Below, in pieces: positions 55,823-64,000 of a DNA stretch of 64,000 nucleotides; position 1 is the stretch's first letter; every line of letters starts with the position of its first letter. This stretch comes from Candidatus Latescibacterota bacterium (GTDB lineage Bacteria > Latescibacterota > UBA2968 > UBA8231): positions 864,001 through 928,000 of the forward strand of contig OZ244561.1 of assembly GCA_965217585.1 (NCBI GenBank), in the 5' to 3' direction. The notes beneath the pieces are model-generated. The model worked only from the letters and a program-made list of their open reading frames with translations, was not told the origin of the DNA and did not search any database. A program made the position numbers and the translations under genes.

Positions 55823-58800
55823 TTACCGCTGAAGTTGTTCCTCCGCCCGCTGCCGAAAAGCGCTCCGCTCCGCTGCTTTGAGCGTATTCCAGATCAGCAG
55901 CTCTTTGCGGATCGCCTGTAAGAAACTGCGGTTGGCCCGACGCCAGGAATCGTTGTCGCCGCTGAGGCAGCGTAGATAGAACACTATACCGTAAATATCG
56001 GCTTGCTCCTCGGGGCAGATGCACAGTACGGCGTGCTGGCTCACGCCCAAATCCAGCGGTGCCAGCCACACCCGGGCTTCAAGGGCGTAGGCCGTACCTT
56101 GGGGCGTGGCAAAGGACTGGAGCAGGGTACCCTCGGTGTAAAACGAGCCAATCGATGCCTCGCCGTAGGACCCTAGGTAATCCAACAAAAAGCCGCACAG
56201 GCCCTTGGCCTCAGCCGCCGACACCAAGAAGGGGAAGCGGAATTCCCACTCGGCACCCACCGGCGGCTCGGGCTGCCAGCGCCGCGTTAGGTCGGGAACC
56301 GCAGTGCGGGCGGCCACCCGGGCCGGGTACACCGTGGACAGCAAAACCACGCCCATGACGATGAGCGCCGAAAACACAGCCGCCAGGGACGAATAGTTCA
56401 AATTGAGTCCGCCCAGCATGTCCAAGTGGTTCAACACCAAGCCCGTCACTTGTCCCCCCAAGTACCCTAGCGTAATGCCCAAGACCGCATAGGCGCAGGC
56501 TTCGGCGATGAACAGCAGGGCGATGTGGGACGGAGCCAATCCTACGGCCGCGTAGATGCCAATGTCCTTGAGGCGTTCGTACACCGTCCCCAGCATGGTA
56601 TTGAGGACGATGAGGGCGGCGATGAGCATGGGTATGATCAGCACCCCTAGGCCCTTTATCGCCGTCGCCCCAATCGACGAATACGCCCAGACGTCGACGG
56701 TCGCGGCTCCGTCTTGCCGCAAGCCGACGAACAGGCTGACAGTCACCCGCAGCAGGAAGTCTTCCAGCAACGCTTGGGCCGCCCCGGTGTCTAGGCGCTC
56801 CCGATCAAAGGCGACGGCCACCGAGCGCAGCCGCCCCCCCATTTGGCGGACGATCTCATAGGGCGCAATGAGCACGTTGTCCGGCAGGATATGCACATAG
56901 GGGCGGTACTGGGAGGCGGTGGCTGTCGTGGCCGCGCTTTGGTTGATCTGCAAGGTACTACCAGCGGATTGGGACAACTCAAAGTCCACCGGCGTCAGCG
57001 GGCCATCGTCTAGGTCTCGGATGCGGTTGAAGGTCTCTGGATCGAGCAAGCCTACCACGGTCAATTTTTTGCCCATTACCTGCACTTGAGCGCGTCCCAA
57101 GTCACTGACACCCAAACCTAGGGCTTCGGCCATCGGCAAGGGCAGCAGACAACTAGCCTCGGTCGCGGCAGTGAAAAAGCGCCCAGCGGTCAGGGCCTGG
57201 TCAACGCCTGTGATGTCGGTTTCCTCGGGGCTTAGGCCGAGCAAGCCGTAGGTCCGTACCAATTGCCGCCCAGCCGCCGCTTCGAGGTAGGTCTTTTTGT
57301 CCTCCTGCAAAATGAACCAGTTGCGCGGGCTGATCGGGCCGACCGCGGAAAAGTGGGAGCGTATATAATCCAGCATGGGCTGGCCCAAGGGATTCCAGGC
57401 CCGGTTGCGCACCAGGATGCCCTCGTACCCACCCTCGTGCTCAAGGGGTAGCGAGATAAAGCGCGCCCGGCTCTCGTACGAGGCAAAGGAAAGCACCGTA
57501 AACGTCAGCAGCACCAGGGTCGTCAAGGTCAGGCCAGTGCGCAGTTTGCGCCGTCGCATATTGGATATGCCCAGCATGAACGCGGCATGGGCGACGCTGA
57601 AACGCCGCATCTCAACGTGGTGGATCTGGTCGCCGCGCTCCTTCATAAAACTGTTGAAGCGGCTGATGATGAGGACGAGGACGAAACCGGCCATGGCCAT
57701 GATGGCAAAGGCCAGCAGGATGACCAGCGGATGGGCAATGGCAAAGGCGGGATGCACCTGCGAGACCACGAGCCAGACTATAGCTAATAACGCACCAAAA
57801 CCAGCCAGTTGCCGCGTGATCTGCGCCGCCCCCAGCAGCAGGCGCTCGCCCAAAAAAGCCGCGGGAATGAGTAGCGCCAAAAAGAATACCATGCCCTTTA
57901 TGACGTCGTTTAAGGTCGCCATGGCCTGCGGATAAACCTGATTTTCCAGCCCCAGCGCCACCCGCAGATGGGCCACGTAGCGGCTCCATTCTTTTTGCCG
58001 GGCGGCCTCTTGGGCGGCTTCGAGGACTTGGGCGGTGCGCTGGTGCAGGCGCTGCAAGTGCTGGTTTTCAATGGCGTGGTCGCGCATGGTCTGCAGCCGA
58101 TCCTCGTCGAGGCGCCACATGTCCCAGGCGGCCTGCAACAGCGTCGGCACCAGCCGCTCCTCGGCTAGGGAAAAGCCCTCGCCGTTGGGGCGGCTACCGG
58201 GGATGCCGTTGTTGAGCAGCAGCAGTTGTCGGCCCGCCAGTATTTTGATGCGGTTTTGCGGCTCGGCGTCCTGCGGCCCGAATACCACCCCGGCCGCTTC
58301 GTCGAGGCCGCTGCCCAGCGCATAGCCGAATTGGCGCGGGCTGGTGTCGTAGCGGTTGACCACGGAGATGCCACCCAAGAAATTGAGCGAACGCGGACTA
58401 ATTAGGCCGTAAAAAGGACGGCTCAAGCAGGGAAAAACCACTACCGATTGCTCGGTGAGTGCCCACTGGACAGTGCTTGAGATGGAGCCGTCGGCCAGCG
58501 GTGCCCCGTGGAACCCTTGCGCCCTTTTACTCAGATCGGCGGCGTAGGTAATGGCACCGCTGTGCGGGTCCAAGACGTAGACGTTGGTGCGGTATTGGGC
58601 CTGCGGCAGCCCCGTTATGAGCAACTCGCCCTCGTCGTCGCTCAGATGGACTTGGGCGGTGCGCACCCCTTTGACGGCTTTGCCAGCGGTCGCCCGTTGC
58701 GAACGCACTACGGCTACCGCGTCGGGCACCGGCCGGTCCGGCGTTTGCGAGCGGCGCGGAAAGGTCCGCGCCTTGAGGAGCAAGTCGCGCAAGCGGTCCT

Positions 58801-60235
58801 GCAGCACCGGTCCAAAGGACGCTTTCTCTTCCAATAATTGCGGATCGTTTAGGGCCTGTTGCAGCACACCGTTTAGCAGGGCGACTTGGCGCGCCAGATT
58901 GTCGTAGTTGACCGCGGCCGGCTGGTCCAGCGGCGAATCAACCTGCAGGCGGGCGTCGTTGACGGTGATCAAGCCCAAGGAGATCAAGCCGCCTTCGAGA
59001 GCGAGCTGGCTGTCGGCGGCAATCCCGCCGGGCATGTACGCCGACCAGCCCAAGCCCTTGATGGGGGTGATACCGTTGACCAAGCTGCCGACCGCGGCCG
59101 AGTCTAGGGTGCTGGCGTAGTCCCTGAAGCGGCGACCGAATGGAGCAAAAAAGCGCCGCAATTCGGGTTTGGCGGTATTGTTCCAAATGCCGACTTGATC
59201 GGTGCTACTCGACAGATCGAGGCCGATGAACAGATCTATGTGGAGGGGCTCCTTTAGGCGGCGGGCGTGGCGAGCGAGAAAGTCGGCCATGCCCTGGCGA
59301 CCCTGAAAATGAGCCGAAGTCGCCACTAGGATGGTGGTGCGCGCCGGCGGATGGGCGGCGAGATGGCGGGCCAATTCCAATAAGGCGGCGATGCCGCAGG
59401 CGGTCTCGGCGCTGGGCGCCCGGCCCGGCACCACGGAAATGCCGTCGTAATACGCCTCGATGGCGACGCGCTCGGCGGCCAGTTCGGGATCGGTACCGGG
59501 GATCATGCCCCAGATATTCCACGCCGGCCGCCGTTGCCAGTCCATGCGGCCCTGCAAGTGTACCAATAGCTCGCCACCCCGCAGGCGCTGGCGCAAGTCT
59601 AGGCCCGCTTCTCGCTCGATCCAGAAGCGGGGGATGTCGAGCGGCACTTGGGCGTATTTGGCGTCGGCTTGGTGGCGGTTGGCCTGCTCGGGCGCGATAA
59701 ATACCACGGCCCGAGCGCCCAGCGAAGCAGCGCGCAACCAGTGGTTCCAACTGTCGAATTCCAGCAGGACAATGCGTCCGTCCATGGCGTGGCCGTCGAA
59801 ATCGCGCCACTCGCCCCGACCGCCGTAGATCATCGGCGCTTGCAAGCCCTCTGGCGGCAGCGTGACCGTCCGCGCCAGATTCGGCCACAGGCCCCACAGC
59901 GGCACCTCCTCCCCGCTTGGCTCCAAACGCAGGTGAGCACCGCGCTCTATGGGCACCACCACTGCAAACGAGTCGCGCCGCACCGCTTTGACACCAGCCG
60001 CGACCAGTTCCCGCTCCACCAACGCGGCACCCGCTTCGGCACCAGGATAGCCGGCCAAGCGCGATTCAACGGCGCTTAGCGCTTCGATGGTGGCACGCAA
60101 AGTAGCCACCTCGCCATAGCAGGGCGTTTGCAGCAGCCCCAACCAGATCGCGAGACATATTTGTAGGGGCGACCGGCCGGTCGCCCTTACACCGGTAGAC
60201 GCGCCATTTTTATATGCAGTCGCCACGCTATTCAA
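55823..60235 (-). CDS. M28-peptidase-like + PA domain fused to FtsX/MacB-type ABC permease
   Basis: SRLAGYPG, IYGGRG..DFDG..MDGRIVL, AYYD..SVVP; NMRRRKLRTGLTL, VYERLKDIGIYAAVGL, LLSTVYPARVAAR. Confidence 0.8.
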   Translation of the reverse strand: MNSVATAYKNGASTGVRATGRSPLQICLAIWLGLLQTPCYGEVATLRATIEALSAVESRLAGYPGAEAGAALVERELVAAGVKAVRRDSFAVVVPIERGAHLRLEPSGEEVPLWGLWPNLARTVTLPPEGLQAPMIYGGRGEWRDFDGHAMDGRIVLLEFDSWNHWLRAASLGARAVVFIAPEQANRHQADAKYAQVPLDIPRFWIEREAGLDLRQRLRGGELLVHLQGRMDWQRRPAWNIWGMIPGTDPELAAERVAIEAYYDGISVVPGRAPSAETACGIAALLELARHLAAHPPARTTILVATSAHFQGRQGMADFLARHARRLKEPLHIDLFIGLDLSSSTDQVGIWNNTAKPELRRFFAPFGRRFRDYASTLDSAAVGSLVNGITPIKGLGWSAYMPGGIAADSQLALEGGLISLGLITVNDARLQVDSPLDQPAAVNYDNLARQVALLNGVLQQALNDPQLLEEKASFGPVLQDRLRDLLLKARTFPRRSQTPDRPVPDAVAVVRSQRATAGKAVKGVRTAQVHLSDDEGELLITGLPQAQYRTNVYVLDPHSGAITYAADLSKRAQGFHGAPLADGSISSTVQWALTEQSVVVFPCLSRPFYGLISPRSLNFLGGISVVNRYDTSPRQFGYALGSGLDEAAGVVFGPQDAEPQNRIKILAGRQLLLLNNGIPGSRPNGEGFSLAEERLVPTLLQAAWDMWRLDEDRLQTMRDHAIENQHLQRLHQRTAQVLEAAQEAARQKEWSRYVAHLRVALGLENQVYPQAMATLNDVIKGMVFFLALLIPAAFLGERLLLGAAQITRQLAGFGALLAIVWLVVSQVHPAFAIAHPLVILLAFAIMAMAGFVLVLIISRFNSFMKERGDQIHHVEMRRFSVAHAAFMLGISNMRRRKLRTGLTLTTLVLLTFTVLSFASYESRARFISLPLEHEGGYEGILVRNRAWNPLGQPMLDYIRSHFSAVGPISPRNWFILQEDKKTYLEAAAGRQLVRTYGLLGLSPEETDITGVDQALTAGRFFTAATEASCLLPLPMAEALGLGVSDLGRAQVQVMGKKLTVVGLLDPETFNRIRDLDDGPLTPVDFELSQSAGSTLQINQSAATTATASQYRPYVHILPDNVLIAPYEIVRQMGGRLRSVAVAFDRERLDTGAAQALLEDFLLRVTVSLFVGLRQDGAATVDVWAYSSIGATAIKGLGVLIIPMLIAALIVLNTMLGTVYERLKDIGIYAAVGLAPSHIALLFIAEACAYAVLGITLGYLGGQVTGLVLNHLDMLGGLNLNYSSLAAVFSALIVMGVVLLSTVYPARVAARTAVPDLTRRWQPEPPVGAEWEFRFPFLVSAAEAKGLCGFLLDYLGSYGEASIGSFYTEGTLLQSFATPQGTAYALEARVWLAPLDLGVSQHAVLCICPEEQADIYGIVFYLRCLSGDNDSWRRANRSFLQAIRKELLIWNTLKAAERSAFRQRAEEQLQR
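60163..60190. repeat. GTAG-family REP palindrome (second copy), inside the 5' end of the M28-FtsX ORF
   Basis: GTAGGGGCGACCGGCCGGTCGCCCTTAC; 27/28 identical to 44665-44692. Confidence 0.85.
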
Positions 60236-62277
60236 CCCCAGAAAATCACATTGCCGACCGTGCCGGTAAAATGGTCAATGACGAGGAAGATGCCGCCCGG
60301 CAGCAGTTGTCCCAAGATCAGGCCCATAAAAAACGGCCTAGTCTGATGGTAGCGCTCGGCACCGCCGTACTTGAGCACCAAGACTTTGATCAACCAAGCC
60401 AAGAACATATTGAACCACAGATGGTCCATAATCCAAGTCGGCCCAATGGGATAGCCCAAAGGGTGCAAGGGCCACCAAGCGTAGTGCCAACGGGCCACAG
60501 TCAAACCCAGCATGATGGCTGCGCCCAAGCCCATATTGATCCAGCCCCACAGATGCAACTCGCTCGGGTAGCGCAGTAAGCCCTCGACATAGCGGTAGGG
60601 GGCTTCGCGGCTGACCGTGCCTCGCAGGTTGAGATTGCCGTGCTCGTAGCTCAGCTCCAAGATCATCCAAGTTGAAGCCGCTAGCGCCACGGCTATGGCC
60701 ACGACCATGGCCCAGAACAAAGGCCGACGCCCCCGGCCCAGTTCCCCGCCCAGTTTCAGGCTGTTGGCACAGGAGGCCATGACAAAGCTGCGGACATTGG
60801 CCGTCCAGATATAGGTGCTGGCCAGCAAGACCAAGCCCGGCGCTCCCAGCGCCGACGAGCCTACCGCGGAGATGATGATGCCAGCCGGCACCACGGGCGG
60901 AGCGCCGTCGGATAGACCGCCTTCAGCCACTATCCGGGTAAAAGCGACAAAAAGGGCACCGGCCAGAAACAGCAACGCCACGCCAGCCCACAGCGGCAAT
61001 CCGGCCAGCCACAGCCAGCCGAGCATGATCGCCACACCGACGGCGAGGATAGCCACCGCCGCCCGGTACGACAGTATTTCCTCGCCGTCATCAACGGCCG
61101 GGTCGCCGGACCAGGCCTTGCGCCAGACCGCGGCCAGATGGCGGCGAGCAGCCCACAAGCCGCCGAGGAAGAGGACCACCATCGCACCCATAGCGTGATA
61201 GACCTGAAGCGTGTGCGGGATGTCGTGCCCACCACCCAAGCTGGGCGTATTGCCCAAGCCGAGGATGGCGAAAGCGCCGCGCAAGACATTGGCCAACAGG
61301 TTGAAAACCCACAGGCTGAGCGCGACTTCGGTCTTGAGAAAATAGAAAAAACCGAAGATGTGGAAGCGGAAGGCGATGTACAGCGTAGTAGTGCCGCGCA
61401 TGATCGGCAATTCTTGGTGGAGCAGATCGACGCTGCGGGCGAAATGCACTCCTTCCGGGAAATAGGCGTACAGGCCGTGCAGCGTGCTCCAAGTGGCGGC
61501 GAGGGCAAAGCCGATCCACATCCCCCGATTTTTGAAAAAAGGCGGCCAGCGCTCTGTGCCCTCTCCCATTGCGGTCATGGCCAGAGGCACTTGCACTAGC
61601 GGATAGACGAGGCGTTCGTTGTCGATCCACTGCCGCCGCAGCACGACCATGATGGCGATCATCACCAAGAAGAGGGACCAGATAAAGGGCTGCCAAGCCG
61701 CCAGTGCCAGCAGCCAAGCTTTCCACGGCACAATGTAGGAGGAACCCATCCCCTCAAAGAAAAACTGGGCGTCGCCGAGCTGGCGCGGCATCATCCAGTG
61801 GGGAATGTGGGGATGGATGAGGCCCTGCCAATCGTTTTCGGGCGTGGCAAAGTAAAAGGGGGAGGCGAGCTGGCTGATGATCCGCGAGGTAAAAATGATG
61901 GGGATGGGCGAGGCCATCACCATCATGATATAGACCAGCAGCAATTCGCCCCGGCGCAACCCCTGCGTCCCACCCAGCTTGAGCAGGGGATTGATCAGCC
62001 CCGTCAGCAGAGACAGCAGACAAACCGCCCCGACCGTGCTGAAGCCCAAAGCCATGAAGGAGCCTTGCAGGTACAGGGTGCTATAGGCCACGCCGCCGCC
62101 GATGAAGGCAGCCAAGAAAGTGCCTAGGGCAAAGGCCCGGAGCGTAAAGGCCGAGCCGGCCTCTTCTACGGTAGGCTCCGGGTCGGGCGACTTTAGGTCC
62201 AGCCGCGAGCGAAAGGCGGCGGGCAGCAGACGGCCGACTCTGCCCGACTCAGGTGTGCTAGCGCCGGTCGCCGGCAT
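60232..62277 (-). CDS. DUF6785/DUF6784-like multi-pass membrane protein (putative peptide transporter)
   Basis: ELLLVY.M, YFATPENDW, LRRQWIDNERLVYPL, RIVAEGG, WWPLHPLGY, AWLIKVLVLKYGG, PFFMGLILG. Confidence 0.75.
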   Translation of the reverse strand: MPATGASTPESGRVGRLLPAAFRSRLDLKSPDPEPTVEEAGSAFTLRAFALGTFLAAFIGGGVAYSTLYLQGSFMALGFSTVGAVCLLSLLTGLINPLLKLGGTQGLRRGELLLVYIMMVMASPIPIIFTSRIISQLASPFYFATPENDWQGLIHPHIPHWMMPRQLGDAQFFFEGMGSSYIVPWKAWLLALAAWQPFIWSLFLVMIAIMVVLRRQWIDNERLVYPLVQVPLAMTAMGEGTERWPPFFKNRGMWIGFALAATWSTLHGLYAYFPEGVHFARSVDLLHQELPIMRGTTTLYIAFRFHIFGFFYFLKTEVALSLWVFNLLANVLRGAFAILGLGNTPSLGGGHDIPHTLQVYHAMGAMVVLFLGGLWAARRHLAAVWRKAWSGDPAVDDGEEILSYRAAVAILAVGVAIMLGWLWLAGLPLWAGVALLFLAGALFVAFTRIVAEGGLSDGAPPVVPAGIIISAVGSSALGAPGLVLLASTYIWTANVRSFVMASCANSLKLGGELGRGRRPLFWAMVVAIAVALAASTWMILELSYEHGNLNLRGTVSREAPYRYVEGLLRYPSELHLWGWINMGLGAAIMLGLTVARWHYAWWPLHPLGYPIGPTWIMDHLWFNMFLAWLIKVLVLKYGGAERYHQTRPFFMGLILGQLLPGGIFLVIDHFTGTVGNVIFWG

Positions 62278-62385
62278 TAAGGCCCGTCTCTATGGGAAGA
62301 CCGGACGGAGCCACGGTTTTAGTTTTGGAAGATAGGGCGAACTGTTCCGCGAGCAGGTCGGTCATGAGCTATCCATTTCGCCGCC

Positions 62386-63273
62386 TTAGAAGGAGATCCC
62401 GACCCGCCCCTTGCCGACGATGGATTTCTCCAGCGCCTCCAGAACCGCCACTGCGCCCAACATGGTCTCTGCGGTATCCGTGGACTGTCCCTTCCTGAAC
62501 GTGCGTACAAAAGCGCGGACGCCCGGATAGTACATGCTCTCCGGGTAGGGCATGGTCTGAATAGTCTGGTCGATACGGCCTTTGGCGCCGATGACACTCA
62601 GGTGGAAAAAGGCTCCTGCCGCCCCCTCTTCTCCGATCAGATTTACAGTGGCCACCTTGCCGTCTTTGTACGCTATCGCACCCACGTGGTTCTTCCCCCG
62701 CCCCCGGACGACCTGGACGTGACTCACTGCATAGCCGAGCAGCCGCAAAACCATTTCCACTTGGTGGATCCCATAGAAGAAAACACCGCCCCACCTGCAC
62801 TTGACATCGCAGGGGCCGGTGGAGACCACTGCGTGGATCGGGCCCAATTGGGATATCCGCTTTTGCAAAGCCACAAATGCGGGCTGCAAGGGGACGACTC
62901 CAAACGAACAGACGGGCACCCCCAAAGCTGAGGCCCGCGCCAGGAAGCGCTTGGCCTCGGCAGTACGGCAGCAGAGCGATTTGTCGATATAGAGCGGCAG
63001 CCCGGCTTCCAGCAGCGGTCGGGCCGCTGGCAGGTGAAATTGGGGATGGCGATGGGCGATCACCGCGGCGTCGACCGCCCCGATCAGGTCCTCGGGTCGG
63101 GCCGCGATATGGGGAATATTGCCGTTTGTTGCCACTGTCCTCGTCCGGTGGGCCGCGGTTTCCCCCACTAGGTGCGTCACCCGCGCCCCACCGACGATCT
63201 TGTCCACATTCAGGGCCCTCGAAAAGGACAGGGAGTGATTGCTGTCGGCGCCGACCATGCCAATTTTCAACAT
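62386..63273 (-). CDS. Gfo/Idh/MocA family oxidoreductase
   Basis: KIGMVGADSNH, VDAAVIAHRH, LEAGLPLYIDKS, FFYGIH; AGAGGA RBS. Confidence 0.88.
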   Translation of the reverse strand: MLKIGMVGADSNHSLSFSRALNVDKIVGGARVTHLVGETAAHRTRTVATNGNIPHIAARPEDLIGAVDAAVIAHRHPQFHLPAARPLLEAGLPLYIDKSLCCRTAEAKRFLARASALGVPVCSFGVVPLQPAFVALQKRISQLGPIHAVVSTGPCDVKCRWGGVFFYGIHQVEMVLRLLGYAVSHVQVVRGRGKNHVGAIAYKDGKVATVNLIGEEGAAGAFFHLSVIGAKGRIDQTIQTMPYPESMYYPGVRAFVRTFRKGQSTDTAETMLGAVAVLEALEKSIVGKGRVGISF

Positions 63274-63340
63274 ATTTCCTCTGCTGTCGCGCTGTGCCCG
63301 CCTCGCGTCTCATTGCTCGCGCTTGGGGCGCACCGGGAAT

Positions 63341-64000
63341 TTAAAACGGCTTCTCAAATCCCAGGATGATATTTATAAACGTGGCCAAGAACCGCTCTCC
63401 GGCGAACACCTCTGTGTTCCTGTGATCGAATTCTTTGACGCGGTGGCGGAGGCCCACGTTGGTCGAGATGAGATAGCCGAAATACTTGGAGTCGTTGGTC
63501 ATCATAAACACAGTATCGCGCTGTTTGAAACCGCGTCTGGCATCGACCAAGTCGGTCGCGCTATAGGGCAGTACAGCGCCAAATCCCTGCATCCCGAACT
63601 GGAAGCGGCTTCTCTTGGTCAGGCGGTACTCCAGTTTGATGAGGGGAATCACATGGCGCTCGTGTCTGGCGGCTAGGCTCTGGCTTTGCCGCCACTCCTT
63701 GAGGTAGCGGAATTTAAAACCGGAAAACAGGCTGAGCTTGGGGGCGAGCTGCCAGTTGTAGTCGATCTTGTGGACCATGGTCAGCCGCCGGCGGCGGTCG
63801 CTCTGCTGCTTTCTGCCGTCCCACAGGGCCCCTCCGCGCTGGAAATTGACCTCGACTTTGACCTTGTTGTGTATGTTGAGGTCGGGTACGGTCTGCCAGC
63901 GAGCGTCGGTGAACAAGCGCAGCAGCGTGCTGTTCTGATAGTTGAGCGGATCCTCGCGCCGCTGCTCGTTAAAGGGGGCGATTTCGACCGAAACCGCGCG
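63341..64000 (-). CDS. C-terminal part of a third barrel-family paralog (5' end outside the window)
   Basis: Frame open to 64000; MMTNDSKYFGYLISTNVGLR matches QLSVTSGYLGYILTTQVGLR (A) and QLTNPSTYLGYKLIAEVGMR (B); HKIDYNW matches NKASYTA / DKVEYQY. Confidence 0.7.
   Translation of the reverse strand, partial: RAVSVEIAPFNEQRREDPLNYQNSTLLRLFTDARWQTVPDLNIHNKVKVEVNFQRGGALWDGRKQQSDRRRRLTMVHKIDYNWQLAPKLSLFSGFKFRYLKEWRQSQSLAARHERHVIPLIKLEYRLTKRSRFQFGMQGFGAVLPYSATDLVDARRGFKQRDTVFMMTNDSKYFGYLISTNVGLRHRVKEFDHRNTEVFAGERFLATFINIILGFEKPF

Noticed and set aside
62369-63313. 314-aa alternative-frame ORF over the oxidoreductase
   Set aside because: Arg/Gly/Pro-rich off-frame translation; the 62386-63273 frame has the family motifs
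1-64000. Impression that CTAG/CTA codons are not depleted; search for rRNA, tRNA and CRISPR
   Set aside because: CTAG frequency cannot be quantified by eye; no RNA-gene or CRISPR pattern recognised

Overview
GC-rich bacterial window; gene content suggests an FCB-group lineage such as Ca. Latescibacterota or a relative (inference only). (1) 1-13.5 kb: an operon-like cluster of three paralogous secreted proteins ending in an 'xTPNGD..ND' FlgD-Ig / type-B-CTD-like domain. They are interleaved with two paralogous ~940-980 aa unknown, outer-membrane-barrel-like proteins carrying a highly conserved acidic Ca-binding-like block. One of these is frameshifted, and a third paralog enters at the right edge of the window. 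(2) 14.4-30.3 kb: a defence island with a BREX-related DUF499 ATPase (N-terminal HEPN), a SNF2 helicase-DUF3883 nuclease and a DUF1156 adenine methylase. It also holds an ABC-ATPase/nuclease pair, MNT-HEPN, UPF0175 with a truncated PIN toxin, an Rpn nuclease with an internal SD-ATG (probable intragenic antitoxin) and a pRiA4b-ORF3 protein. Its two minus-strand units share a duplicated promoter-like sequence. (3) 30.5-41.4 kb: envelope genes (PPIases, fused spermidine synthase, CRTAC1, pentapeptide/channel, TPR). (4) 41.6-53.9 kb: sugar/organic-compound catabolic enzymes. (5) 54-55.7 kb: decayed genes. (6) 55.8-64 kb: M28-FtsX fusion, DUF6785 membrane protein, Gfo/Idh/MocA oxidoreductase. REP palindromes and a small MITE family are present. 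I saw no rRNA, tRNA, CRISPR array or integrase. All family assignments come from motif recognition, not database searches.
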